Shown in pieces: positions 38,501 through 52,772 of a stretch of DNA of 64,000 nt. Made by a program: the position numbers and the translations under genes. This DNA is from Cycas panzhihuaensis (taxonomy: Eukaryota > Plantae > Cycadophyta). Within the stretch, counting starts at the first letter, position 1. Every line of letters starts with the position of its first letter. The DNA lies in the NCBI GenBank assembly GCA_023213395.1, contig CM041465.1, positions 179,807,741 to 179,871,740 of the forward strand, written 5' to 3'. The notes under the pieces are model-generated. The model did not search any database, was not told the origin of the DNA, and saw nothing but the letters and a program-made list of their open reading frames with translations.

Positions 38501-40479
38501 CATACTAAGGATGCACTAGTCTGAGTTAATGGTACACTATTGATTCTTTCCCTCCATTCTACTTTTTGTCTTTATTGTAAGGCAACTTACCTGCTAGGAC
38601 ATTATAAGACTTACAAGCTTTCCTCACCTCTCCTTTGTGTTATGTCTGGGTATGAGTGTACACCTTTATTTAAGCTTCTTTTTACTACACATCAACCTTA
38701 CACCCTTTTGTGGTAGTTCCCGCCTAACTCTTCACCCATTGAGCATGCCTTGATGGAAGAGTACCCTCATTTATATTAGTTCACCAACCCTATTTACATA
38801 CCACAATCAGTTAGGGAAATCCCCTAGCCTATCTTTAGTCACCATGCAACAACCCAACACCCTTATGTTACAATCCTATGTCTTGTTGGGGTAATCCCCC
38901 TACCATTACCACCTTCCTAATTCATCCCTAACTAGCCATCAATTAAGGGATCATATCCCTTCATTACCTAGCCTTTTGGGGTGTGGACAAACCCCACCAC
39001 CCCATCCACACCTCACCCTATGCCCTAGCCCCCAATGGCTTAAGGAACTTAAAGTTCCATTTTATAACCTATTTGTATTATAGCCCACCCTACATCTGCA
39101 CCTTATATTCTACCTAACTATATCACCTAACAAAAGGGAGAGGTTGGCCCATAGCCTCATGTCATTTATGGTGCAGATCCCCTCCATCCATATGGGGTTT
39201 CCCCTCCTTTGGGAGGCTCATATTGGAAAAACACACTTCCTCATCCATCATTTTATAATACTTCTACTTGTCCAAAGGTGCCCATGGGTGCTTAACCTAG
39301 TCCTTCACCCTACCTACCTATTGGAGCCCTGCCTTGAATAGTTACCCCTATCCCAACAACCTTTATAGACCTCTCTTGTTCCACCCTATTAGGCCTAATG
39401 AGCCTAACTTAGTCCTACTCCTCTAAATAAAGGTGCTCCCAAGGGGATTCCCTCTTATGTAGTAATCTCATGCCCTTTTATGGTAACACTAAAAATGGTT
39501 TAGGCACTCCCTCAACTAATCTAACCTTACTAATATTATCAGTAAGGATAATCCCCTTATGGTACCATTCTAGGCCAATGGCCCTCACCTTAAGTGGTAA
39601 CCCTACACCCAACTAGGATAATCCCCCAACCAAAATTAATACATCATGGCTTAATCCCCCAACTAATAACATCAAACATGGAAACTACACACCTCCATTC
39701 AACAACCATGCACTATAATATGGAAATCCCATATTAAGTTAGGGTAATCCCCTAGCCAACCACACAACCATTTTTAAGAAAGAAGAAGAAAACAAGGATG
39801 AACAATTAGTCCTTTTGTTCAAAGGTGAAGAGTGTAAATTTAATTAAGATTCCCCTCCTTGTACATCAATTATGATCCTCTTTACACTCATTATCATGGA
39901 GCATTATGCATACCTCAATGTCCCTAGTGTTCTAGAATTTGATGACAAGGATGTTTATATACAATGATTAGGTACCATTAATTGTATTTAGGATACAAGT
40001 GATCTCATTAGTATACAAGTACCTCTACCTCAAACCCCTCATACACCTAACTATAATATTGATCCTTTTACATTAGGTGATGAACCTATTATGGGTGATT
40101 CCCCTTCTAATTCCTTACAGTAGATCTTTAGCCCTCCTCTTCTTACTGAATCATTTATAAGATCTACTTAACTTTTCTTTATAAGATATTAAACCTTCAT
40201 GTTGGGATGACTCTTTAAAAGAGTCCTTAGGAACTATAAACTAGGGTCATGATGGTATTCTTAATCCCCCTTATAGACCTCAGGTCAAAGACAAACTAGT
40301 CCCAGGTGATGATCACCCTAAAAATAACAAAGTAGTAATCTCGAACCTAGCTAGGGTAATCCCCCTAGTTATTTCCATATTATCAAACCTACTAATAAGG
40401 GTAGCTCCCCTATGTTGGTGCCCCCTAAGTAGTGACCCCATACCCCTACATGGCTACCTCATTATCTAGTAGGAAACAC

Positions 40480-41570
40480 CCAAAAATCCCCTTTGAATTA
40501 TCAATCATCGATAATGTTAACTATGGTGATCTCACTTAAAATAATGAACCACAACTTGAATGCCTAACTAAGGTAGTACCCTAGCTATCTTACCACGTGG
40601 AAGCCCCACACTTTGTAGAAATAGTCTAAATTTTCCCTTGAGTCACCAATCATTGACAAGGCTAAATTATGATGAGCAACACGAGGCACTGCCTCATCAC
40701 TTGGAAAAAAAAGCTTAAAAATTCCATCTAAGTTATCAATCACTAATGAGGTTAAGCTATGGTGATCTCATTTCAAACAAAATCATCCCAGAGGATAACA
40801 CCCTTCTAGGAGAAAAATATTTTTAAAACTATAAGGCACTACCTCATCATCTAGCAAGTAATGCCCAAAATTACCCTCTAAATTCCTAATCACTAATGAG
40901 GTTAAATTATGGTGATCTCAATTCAAGTAATGAAGCACTATTTGAATGTCCAATTGGGGTAGTCCACTATTTAATCTTATCTTACCATGTGGCAAACCCA
41001 CACCCAACAAAAGTATCCTAAAAATTTCCTCTAAGGCACTAATCACTAACAAGGCTAAACTATGGTAAGTACCATGAGGTACTACCTCATCACTTAGTAA
41101 AAAAAAACCCAAAATTCCCTCTAAGTTATCAATTACCAATGAGGTTAAACTATGATGATATCACTTCAAATAAAAGCATCCTAAAGGGTAACACCCTCTT
41201 GAGAGAAAATTATTTAAAAACTATGAGGCATTACCTCATCATTTAATAGAAATGACCCAAAATTTTCCTCTGAATCAACCAATCATCGATAAGGTTAAAC
41301 TATGGTAATCTCAATTCAAATAACGAACTACCACTTGAATGTCTAGCTAGAGTAATCCCCCTAACCAATCTATCCTACCATGTGGCAACCCCACACCCAA
41401 CAAAAAGAGCCCAAAATTTTCCTCTAAACTATCAACCACTAAGGAGGTTAAACTATGGCGATCCCATCTTTAACACAATTCCATAATGCATTGAGCTCTT
41501 TTAAGAATTTTAAGACATACTAAAAGTTTCAAAAAAAATAATCACGAATGAAGTTAAATTATGGTAATCC
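40480..41570 (+). repeat. Higher-order tandem array: 393-bp period made of 90/150/153-bp subunits, each with a conserved ATCAC-TAATGAGGTTAAACTATG-GTGAT core
   Basis: Core at about 40506, 40651, 40741, 40891, 41044, 41134, 41284, 41437 and 41543. Confidence 0.88.
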
Positions 41571-42559
41571 TACCCACAATATGAGAGTACAACTCATGAC
41601 TTTAGGGACATTATACTCTATAATAAGTCTAAACTAACTAAGCTCCTCTTTGACCTTAAACCAAAACCAAAATCTCATAATACTTCAAGCAAAACTATAA
41701 ACTACAACCACTCCCCCTTAGTTGCATGCTCAGGAGCATCCCACTCTACAATGAGTATAAACTAATTATACTCTAAAATGAGGGTAAAATAATATCACTC
41801 TATAATAAGTATAAACTAGTTGTCTTTGTCACAAGTATAAATTTCCACTTTCATTCTAGCACCTTTATCATGAGAATATACTTGCCTATAGTGATCCCTT
41901 ATGATCCTTATCATAATAAATATCTCCATATATGCTATAGTAGCCTTATAATACCCTTTTTCAATCATTTCCAAAGTATCATACTCGAAGGAAACCTATG
42001 TATATAACCTAAATTTACCTATGGTTTGGCCATTAAGGGTTTGTTTTTAAGTCCTACTATGCCCTCACTTTATAAAAGGTTACACTATGATTCTAGATGG
42101 TGCAGAATCCCATATACTAGTTTATTACTACTACATTTTCTTAAACCTAATGCATCCCCTAGTATGATGACTTTTCAAGAAAAAATATTATAGAGAAGGA
42201 AAAAAAGAAATATACCTATTGGCTTTTTGGTACCTGGGGTAAGTCACATGTAGACTTTATCCCCATCTACAATATGCAATTTGGGTCCAAATGTATAGGC
42301 CATTCATGACCTTTGAATTTAGTTATTTGGGTCCATTATGGACTCAATCATGATCAAAACCTATTTAATGCTATGAGCTTAAAACCATTTGAGAACTTAT
42401 AGTAATACTAATAATAAGCCAATCATGGGGCCCATTCTTAACCTATTTGACTGTCAAAGTTGAGCCCATGAACTTGATGCCTTTCCTCATTGATTGATTC
42501 CTACACTACTCCCTAGATTCATTAGGTTATCTCTAAGCTACCCTTTCATCCCTATTACA

Positions 42560-42680
42560 TTAATCATCCATGTTAATGGGGGAAGCCATGGAAATCATGG
42601 AGTTTTCATTATCACTTAAATCATTTATGACCAAATAAGCATATATCTAACAAATGTTAGAATATATATTTTGCTCTAAA
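42560..42680 (+). pseudogene. N-terminal remnant of aRH in element G
   Basis: IIHVNGGSHGNHGVFIIT*IIYDQ aligns with LIFTNDGSHVNPGPSITTSILHDP of the aRH in A. Confidence 0.65.
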
Positions 42681-44558
42681 GGACAATCATTAATAAGGTT
42701 AAACTACAACAACCACTTCTAGCTTTTAAGCCCATTGATGACATCTGGTTTTTAAGCCTGTCTCCTTATCTCTCTTCATCAGATTACTTTAAAATGATCC
42801 CAAACTACACGTTGCTCTTAAATGATCATAAGTTATCTGATCTACTAGTTGAAGGTTAAACTATTATATAAATCTATAAATACCATCTTTAGTATGTCTT
42901 CTCAAAAAAAAAACTCTACTCCATTATGAATTTAAACTAGAACTAGCTCTACCATAAGTCTAAATTACTCTTTAGTTTATAGATATCATTCCCAATATGG
43001 TTTCCCAAAAGGGGTAATCCCTATTAGGATGTAATATTAAATTTATATGTTAACTATCCCTCATGTTGAATAAGGGATGCACATCTTTAAGGCACTCTTA
43101 ATAGGTAGGCTACATTAAGAGACATGTTATTGGTTCATAAGTTATTATGGAGGCTCATTATTATGATTAGCCCATAAAGAGGCCATTATTATGACATATG
43201 TATATATTATTAATGTAAACCCCTTGAGGGATATATATTGTTTCACCAATTCTGTTTGCATATTTTTATAATACATGGTTTTTTGATATATTTATTTATA
43301 TTGTATACATGGTTTAGTCTTTTATTTTATAAATGTGGTATCAAATCCATAAGGTTTGATATGTAGGAAGTATATATATTTAGTGCTTTTAAATTTATAT
43401 TATTGGTTTGAAGGTTATTTTACAAATGTGTGTTATTATTATGCATGTTGGTATATTGATGGGTGTGATAAGCATTTAGTTATAGGGAAGTCATGGAGTC
43501 AAAGCCACAATGATGCTTATGAACACCTAACTGCGTGCAAGATTTGGATCCTTATTATATGAAAAGTAAAGATTGTTAGCTATTATGAAGATGAGGAGTA
43601 GGTGAAAATAGTGGAGACATCCTTGTTTGACTACTAAAATTTTCCAACATAGAAAAATGTTGAGCTAAGATTATTGGAATATTAATGCATATTTGTTTTG
43701 TCCCACATGCAAGTAGGTCCCACTCTCACCATCATGACATGTATTATAAATAGACAACATCGTGTATAATATTGTATCGGTTGTAATGATGTTTTGTTAA
43801 TATAATAAAGATACCTTAAGGGTACCGTTCAATCCTAGAGGAGGTTTTTGTTTTATTTGCAAATATATTATTGCATGTTTAATTTCTAACATGGTATCAG
43901 AGTGCTCAGGTTGAGAGAGATATGTTGAGTTGGTTGGTGAAACCCTAACTTTGTTGACATATGAGGTGATGGTTTAGTAGAGTTATTGATATTCGTTCAT
44001 TGTTTATAGTGTTGTTGGACTAGTAGTAGCATAGAAGAGCATAACCACACGTGGACTAAATATTTACAGCCCTTGGTTCCCTAAAGAAGTAGTTACATTG
44101 ATGATTGCCAATGTTGCATCCTCCTAGAGAGTTACAGAGCCCGTAAATCATTAATACAGTCAATATTTAAGGTATGCTCATTGTTTTGATTGAATATATT
44201 GCTCTGCCCATTTGATATTATACATTGCAATGCACTCACATGAGATATATTCTCATTACCCTCTTTATGTCGTCGTCTGCATGGTTACCATTTACCTAGT
44301 TACCTATTGTAATCGTCTGTTTCTGAATACCATTTGGTAGTCATGATGTTATAATTATCACCCACCTGCATGATGTTTCTGTCATTGCCTGGGTTGATCG
44401 TATTGTTGTTACCTTTGATTTAATTGTAGTCTATGTGTTGATAGTATTTTTGCCCATTATTATTTTATGCTATTTATTTATAGTCTACATATATATTTTG
44501 TAGTTGTATAGCCATAATACATTCAGCCAAATAAATTTGCATGATATATATAGGGTTG

Positions 44559-47500
44559 TGTTATGAACCTCTTTAAATACACAGGATTAATTAATTAAAA
44601 GGGTGCTATTGAACGAGCACATCCGTCCGTGAAAGAGGATCTGAGATGCATATAAAATCAAGACTCAAATGTAATAGGATCATCAAATCTTTTATCAATC
44701 ACATATATCTGATTTATTTACACCTGTTCTCAGTATTCTCACACATTTGGCGATTATTCTCAGGTTACGAACTAGTTTCGTAACAAGTGGTATCAGAGCA
44801 GTCCTGGGCATCTTCTACTAGCTTGACACATCTGGAATGTAGCTTGTGGCATTAGAGAATCAATCAATGCCATTATCTTTCAAATGCCATTATCTCTCAA
44901 TCAACACCATTTGCTGTTTCAAATCCTCTCTTGCTGTTTTGAATCCTCTCTTACGGGTTTCTGAATTCTCATCATTTGTTGTGTTGAATCCTTCTTGTCT
45001 CAATCCACGTTGCTGAGCCATTCTTGATTAATTCTCAATTTTGTCTACATCTTCTGTTCATGTGGCATATCTCTGTCCATCCTTAATTCTGATTTGACCC
45101 TACTGTAGATCCATCCAATTGTTTTGATCTCAGATCTATCTGGCTGTCTTTACGTCAGCGTCTTACTACTACGCCGTTCGTCTTGCATATCCATTCGCCC
45201 TTGTCTGTGTTCACGCTTTTCCTCTGTGTCTGTTCCTGCTGTTCACGCCTTTCCTCCATGTCTGTTCCTGTTGTTCATGCCTCTACTCAGGCGACGTCCT
45301 ACCGGCGTCTGTGTATTCTAGAGTTCTCTTAATCCGTAGCATTCTACACTCAATTTCGTTTGAGTTTTCGTATCTTTCCGCCATCAACTTTATCGATTTC
45401 ACCACCGTCGATCTTATCGACTTCACTATATAATAATTTGCTTTATCAATTCTTATAATTACCACTATATCGCTTTATCAATTCTTACAATTATCACTAT
45501 ATATATATCTTATAATATATCAATTATATCATATATAAAAGTATCAATTTAATCGCTATCAATCATATCTTATAAATAATATAAAAAGTATTAATTTATT
45601 GTTTATTAATTTTATTTAATTTTATTGTCACATAACTAAAATTTTTAAATTTTGTTACCATCATTTTTAATAAGGTTAATCTCGATATTTAATATCTATA
45701 TTTTGTAATTTATTTTAAATTATTTCTTTAATAGTCTTTAAGATTCTTTGTCATTTCAATAATCTGGGATTGTCACAATATTTATTAAACCATATTTTTA
45801 ATCTTACGTTGAACATTTGAGTTTTATTCTAAATCACAGCATCCCATTCAATCAATTTAATATCCCTTGGATATTGAATAATTGACTAATCTTATTTTCT
45901 GTACACGAGCGCATCCCACTCGAGATACCTCAAGTGTGTCAAGTGAAGAACAAAAGATTATATTGGGATATTGAAACTTCATTCAATATTTGTGTATTAC
46001 ATATCAATTATAGAATTCAAAAAAGATTAATAAGAGAAGCCTATACCAATTATTTTTACTAGGCAATTGAAACACGACAGACAGATGGTGGATTCGTACT
46101 TATACTGTTATTAAAGTTATGAATACAGAAGATATGGCAGACAATACCATTCAAAAAGATATCATTGAGCCAATTACTCAAGCAGTCCACAGTGCAGTTC
46201 AAACATCAAATGCCCTTGTAAATCATACATTACATCAAATTTTGGATAAATTAACAGTCATAGCGACAAGTAGAAAGGAATATATGGTTGTCCTAGATTC
46301 AAAAGATGAAGCAATGAGTTACCAATCATATATTAGACATCATACTACAAGAAATTAGTTGAGTCCTCAGATATCTCCCATTAATTTTGAAGACGAGGCT
46401 ATCAGAAGATATCTTAATGAATATCATAACTTGACTCCAGAAGAACAGAGGATAGTAGGTTTTCAAGCTTACTTTAACTGCTTGCAAAATATTCAAACAC
46501 AAAAGAAGAAAAAGTTAGAAAAAATAACTATACAACGTTTTAGTATGGAGCAAAAATCACATGAACCGAGAGTATGGATACAACAAATAGAAAACTATTT
46601 CCGCTTAATGGAGATTGAGCCAGCAGAACAAGTTTCAATAACCACTTTACATATGGATGGAATAGCATGTGAATGGTGGAAGTGTCTCAAATGAACTTCT
46701 TTTCGAGATCAATTTCCTACCTGGAAAGAATTTGCATGCCTATTTATTGAACGGTTTGAAACTGTATCCAATCGTGATTATTATTGTGAGTTACGAAGAT
46801 TAAAACAAATTAGTTCGGTGGAAGAGTATAACACAGCATTTATAAGATTAAGTTATGTGTTAGATGATATTCTGATTAATCGCCTTATCCAGCTATATAT
46901 AGATGGTCTAATAACTAAGATCCAAGCTGATGTTAAAATTCAAGAACCTCAGGACCTGAATAAAGTAATACAACTAGCCAAATTTTAGGAAGGAAAGATC
47001 AATGAATTAAAGAAGGCAAGAACGAGACCTTATATTTCCCCATATGCTCGTCTTAATCCTCCTCCTGCTATACGACTTGGTTTTGTACCTAACAGAGTTA
47101 ATCGACCAGTTAAACCATTACTTCAAAGAACAAGAGCTGAGCAAGAAGAACTACGAAAAAAGAATCTCTGTTTTAGGTGTGCTGAAAAATGGACTCCTAA
47201 TCATAAATGTCAGAAAAATCAATTATACACGATCGAATTATCTCTGGTAGCAGAGGATGAGGAAGTCGAAGAAGAAGATGATACCGAATGTGACCAAGAA
47301 AAAATGGAAAGTCAGGGGTATCAATGTAACCAGGAGGAGGACACATTAAAGATGTCATTCTCAGCTATGAGTGGATTGACAAGATCGGACATGCTTAAAT
47401 TAAGAGGATTTGTTAAAAATCAAGCTATCACAATTTTGATCGATCCAGGAAGTACTCACAATTTTATTGATAGAATATCAGCTCAATAATTAAAATTATT

Positions 47501-50500
47501 TTCTTCCAGAACAACCCCTTTCCAAGTAAGTGTTGGAGGGTGACAAGTTATATCTAGACAAGGAATGATGGAGAACCTTAAAATAACTGTTGGTGACGTT
47601 ATTCTTAAAGAAAATTTTTATGTGCTAGATGTGGGTGGAGTAGATATTGTTCTAGGGAGTCAATGGTTATGAACCTTGGAAACTTTTGAAATGAATCTTG
47701 AAGAATTATTTATGAGGTATAAGAAAGATGGAAGAATTATCATCCTTCAAAGAGAAAAACCTGGAAATAGCCAACTAATATCTTGTAAAAAAATGGAAAA
47801 ATTAATCAAGAAAGGCCATCGTGGTATAATGGCTCAACTTTTTTTAATTCAAGCAGAAATTAAACCAACTATACAAGAAAATGAACTGCAAAAGGTCCTC
47901 CAGAAGCATAAAGAAGTTTTTCAAAATCTTCCAGCAGAATTACCACCAGACAGGGGATGTGAACATCAAATTGAATTAGAAGCAGGTACTAATCTGATTG
48001 TTATTCAGCCTTATAAACAACCATATCATTATCGGAATGAGATTGAAAAGATCGTACAAGAATTATTAGATATAGGAGCAATAACTCCTAGTAAAAGTCC
48101 ATTTACTGACACGAATTTTGGTAAGAAAAAAAGATGGATCATACCGTATGTGCATAGATTATCGAGCATTAAATAAGGTTACAATAAAAAATAAATTTCC
48201 TATACCCAGAATCGATGAGTTACTAGATGAATTACATGGAGTAGAATATTTTTCTAAAATCGATTTAAAATCAGGCTATCATCAAATTCGCATTAAACCA
48301 GAAGATACATACAAAATAACTTTCAGTACTCATCATGGTCATTATGAGTTCAAGGTAATGCCCTTTGGCTTAACTAATGCGCCAGCCACATTCCAAGCTA
48401 TAATGAATCAAGTTTTAAAACCTTTCTTGAGGAAGTTCGTCTTAGTCTTCTTCGACGACATATTAATATTCAGTAAGCAATGGGGAGAACACATGAATCA
48501 TCTGGACCAAGTGCTAAACGCCTTAAAGGAACAAAGATTTTATGCTAACAAATCAAAATGTTACTTTGGAATGAAAGAAATAGAATATCTGGGTCATCTT
48601 ATATCAAAAGAAGGAATTAGAGCTGACCCAGGAAAGTTAAGGCAATTCAAGAATGGCCGATACCCAAAACTATTACAAAACTCCAAGGTTTTCTAGGTTT
48701 AACAAGATATTATCGACACTTTGTGAAAAATTATGCACAGAAAACCTCTGTTTTAACTTGTTTATTAAAAAAGGATTCTTTTCAATGGAATGAAGAAGCA
48801 ACAAAATGTTTCGAACAAATCAAGCAAATAATGATCTAGTTATCAGCTCTTACGACTCCTAATTTTTTTAAAATTTTTATAATAGAATGTGACGCATTAG
48901 GAACAGGAATTAGCGCAGTACTGATGCAAGAAAGTAAGCCCATTGCATTTGAGAGTAGGAAGCTAAACAATCGAGAAGTTCTCAAGTCAACTTATGATAA
49001 AGAAATGTTGGCCATTATACATGCTTTAATTAAATGGCGTAAGTATCTATTAGGTAGCAAATTTATAGTTAAGACAGATCACAACAGTTTACAATATTTA
49101 TTAAAACAAAATGAATTATCCCCTGAACAACAAAAATGGATAAGTAAAATTCAGGCATTTGATTTCGATATAACATATAAAAAAGGAAAAAATAATGTAG
49201 TAGATGATGCCTTGTCTCGAAAGGATGAAGAGAATATAGAATCTCAATTAAAAGCTGTCTCAATGATAGATCCAGTATGGATCATGGATTTACAATCAGA
49301 ATATGTGAAAGATGCTGACATTCTACAACTCATTCAAAGAATTCAACAAGGAAAAGAAGAAAAATTCAAATGGAGAAATGATATTTTATGGTATAAAGGA
49401 CGGATATTCTTAGGACCAAACTCAGCTTTCCGTAATAAAATATTGAATGAAGCACATGTAGTACCTACCGTTGGTCATGAAGGATTTTATAAAACATATT
49501 TGCGGGTCAAACAATCATTTTTCTGGAAAGGAATAAAAAAAGATATAATGAAATTTATAGCTGAATGTGCTATATGTCAAGTCAATAAATACGAATGTAT
49601 TGCTACTCCTGGGTTGCTCCAGCCTCTTCCTATTCCGCAACGAAAATGGGAAGGTATTAGCATGGATTTTATCACAGGATTACCAAAATCAGAAGGGAAA
49701 GATGCTATCTATGTGGTGGTGGATCGTTTAACAAAGTTTGCTCATTTTATACCTATTCAATCTAACTACAAAGCTTAGTAGTTAGCTAAAGTATTTATCA
49801 AAGAAATTTATAAGTTACATGGGTTTCCATAAACCATTATTAGCGACAGAAATCCTAAATTTTTAAGCCATTTCTGGCAAGAAATGTTTCAACAAGTAGG
49901 TACAAGATTAAATATGAGTACCTTTTATCATCCACAAATAGATGGACAAATGGAAGCAGTTAATAAAGGTTTAGAGAATTATTTACGAAATTATGTCACA
50001 GATAAGCAGCATTTATGGGTCAAATGGTTACATTTAGCTGAAGCATGGTATAACTCTTCGTACCACTCATCCATTAAAATGACCCCATATCAAGCATCAT
50101 ATGGCTATCAGCCAACTCAATTAAAAGATTAGTTAAAATTGGATAATAAGGTTCCAGCAGTTAATGACTATCTCCAGGAATCACAAAATATCCTTCAAAT
50201 ATTAAAATGACATTTAGAAGAAGCCAGAAACCGTATGAAACAACAAGCTGATAAAAATCGTACAGAAAGAATACTTGCAATCAGAGATTGGGTCTATGTA
50301 AGATTACAACCATATAAGCAAGCATCATTGAAGACTTCTCAAAAGCAAAAATTAAGTCACTGATTTTATGGACTTTTCCAGATTAAACAGAAAATTGGCA
50401 AAGTGGCTTATGCCTTAGAACTTCCAACTTCTAAACTACACAATGTATTTCATGTATCTTGTCTCAAAAAGAAAATTGGAAATTGTGTATAAGTATAGAC

Positions 50501-50952
50501 AGAACTACCCCTCCTAGATGAAGAAGGAAAATTAATTCTATTACCAGAAGCCATCCTTGAAGTTCAAGAATGTCTATTGTGGTCCAAGACTATTCGAGAA
50601 TATTTGATTAAATGGAAACAATTGCCTATTGAAGATGCTTCAGGGGAATCTTCTGATTTTATCAAACTTCATCCTGAGCTGACAAGAGAAGGTTTCGTGG
50701 GCGAAACATCTTAAGAGGGAGGAATTGTTATGAACCTCTTTAAACACACAAGATTAATTAATTAAAAGGGTGCTATTGAACGAGCACATCCGTCCGTGAA
50801 AGAGGATCTGAGATGCATATAAAATCAAGACTCAAATGTCATAGGATCATCAAATCTTTTATCAATCAAATATATCTGATTTATTTACACCTGTTCTTAG
50901 TATTCTCACACATTTGGCGATTATTCTCTAGTTACAAACTAGTTTCGTAACA
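44559..50952 (+). mobile_element. Element I: full-length Ty3/Gypsy chromovirus (Reina-like), youngest insertion; LTRs 44559-44785 and 50726-50952
   Basis: 227-bp TG...CA LTRs with about 8 differences by eye; TSD GGTTG; PBS TGGTATCAGAGC at 44788-44799; PPT AAGAGGGAGGAA at 50713-50724. Confidence 0.97.
46119..50714 (+). pseudogene. gag-pol of element I (gag, PR, RT, RH, INT, chromodomain) with scattered stops and frameshifts
   Basis: LIDPGSTHNF (PR), FFDDILI (RT), KTDHNSL (RH), GH...C..C and ISMDFITGLP (INT), PEAILE...EYLIKWKQLPIEDAS (chromodomain). Confidence 0.95.
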
Positions 50953-52772
50953 GGTTGCGGTTGAAATTTGATCGCCATCATTTTGTATATTGTGCCATTG
51001 TTATCTATGTTGTGAGTTGTCATGTATGTATTTAGTCGCACGCATGATAATATCTATCTATCATTGTCATTTGTGGCATTTGAATCAAATATTACAGATG
51101 TGCAGTTTTCTATCTGTGTTGAAATTGCACCACCATTTACTGCCATGTTATATAATAGTATGAATCTTCGCAGTTGTATATAGTGTTACCATGATGATTT
51201 GTAGTCTATACAGCCACTGTTTATTATTTCTATTTGTGTGATGTGTAGTTTGATAGTCGTCGTTGCAGCCTACGTAAATTTATATAGCCATTGTTTGCCT
51301 TCATGCTATTCACCATGTATTTTTTGCAGCCACATCATATTCATGTTGTTCGCTCAGCTCGTCGCCATATATATTGCAGTCATAACATTCACTACCAATA
51401 TATATTATGTGCTTTTTTATTACAACTTCATGAATATTTTGATATTGATTGAAGGTTCACTTTTAGATTTTACTATTGGCCTTTTTTTATATCATTTCAT
51501 ATTTGGCAATCGCCTTTATTTTAGTTTCTCCATTTAGTATATATTCTAAGTTGCCCTGCCATATTTAAATTTAATCAAAGTTTTCATTTGCCTAGATATT
51601 CTTGTATGGGTTGCCAATGGTGTAGGGGATTTAAAGTGTGCATCGCTTACATTATCGGGAGGATATATGCCAGTCCCATGAAGGGAATTTATTCTAAATA
51701 TGAAGAAAATTTGGGAGTTTTATTTAGTTTGGTGAGTTGTGTTATCCGAGTAATTGAATTCTCCTTTGTAGAGATCAGGTAATGGTGCATACACCCATGG
51801 CATTTAGAACATTATAGAGTTGCATGTATAAGTGAGTCAATTGAACTTTATTTTTTTAAGGGTTTAGTTTTGAGAGAATTAAGGCTTATCATCTATTAAT
51901 ATTAGTTGACTGGATTGAGGATTATGAGCATATGTTTGTCGTGGTGAATGAGAGAAGTGTTACCATGTTTTATTCTTTAATAAAAGAGTGATGTTTGTAA
52001 CTTATAAATAATTTAAGGTGCTAAGATGTGATGTTTGATGAGGTGATATGAGTGTTCATTTTTGCATTCTTGGCAATGAAATGGTGACATAAGACAGAAA
52101 CATGACCTCTTATATGCATTTTGCATTGGTGGTAAGATGAGTGACATGAGATGAAGTTTGAGGCTTTGCATTGCTCTTTTGTATGTGATTGTATGAGAGT
52201 ACTTTATGAGGTATTGATGAGGTGATTGTTGAGGCTTTCCTACATGTAGTGCACATAAGAGAGTACCTTAGTAATGTGAGACGACATTAATTCATGTTGA
52301 TATTTGGCATTCTATTGGTAATTTGAGGCAATGAGATGTATGTTGCATGTGAGGTTACATGACAAGATTGGGCATTTGTTGGGCATGTTTAAGGCTAGGT
52401 TTAGACTTGTTTGATGATGTGTTCTTTTAATTGATTGAATGGGTAAAGAATGATGAGTTTTTTAGTTACAAGGAAGTAAAATTGTTGAGTGGTGTAATGG
52501 CAATCTTAATGGTATGAGTTATGTTTTGGGCAATTAAGTGAAGTGTGATATGTCTTGGTAATTTAATGGTGATGTGAGGTATGCATGAGTTATGTGAGAT
52601 GTATGTGGTATAAGATTTGATTCTATGGTGAAGTAAGTATTTTAGATATTCTTTGTATGTGACTATTTGGCAATATGTGAAATGTATAAGGCAATGATAT
52701 GATGATGAAGTCCATGATGTAAGGAACATGAGATATGAGAAAGTTGATGAGATTGATTAATGGGTGAGTTAG

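Noticed and set aside
38100-38600. LTR end and PBS of element G
   Set aside because: Candidates near 38138 and 38580 are too degenerate, and the 3' LTR is truncated, so the boundary cannot be confirmed.
40480-41570. CRISPR array or hammerhead ribozyme array
   Set aside because: Eukaryotic TE context, no cas genes, and the spacers themselves recur with a 393-bp period. The hammerhead core is incomplete (no stem II, no GAAA with G12).
51238-51782. Hydrophobic ORFs as membrane or env-like proteins
   Set aside because: Products of T-rich low-complexity non-coding sequence within H.
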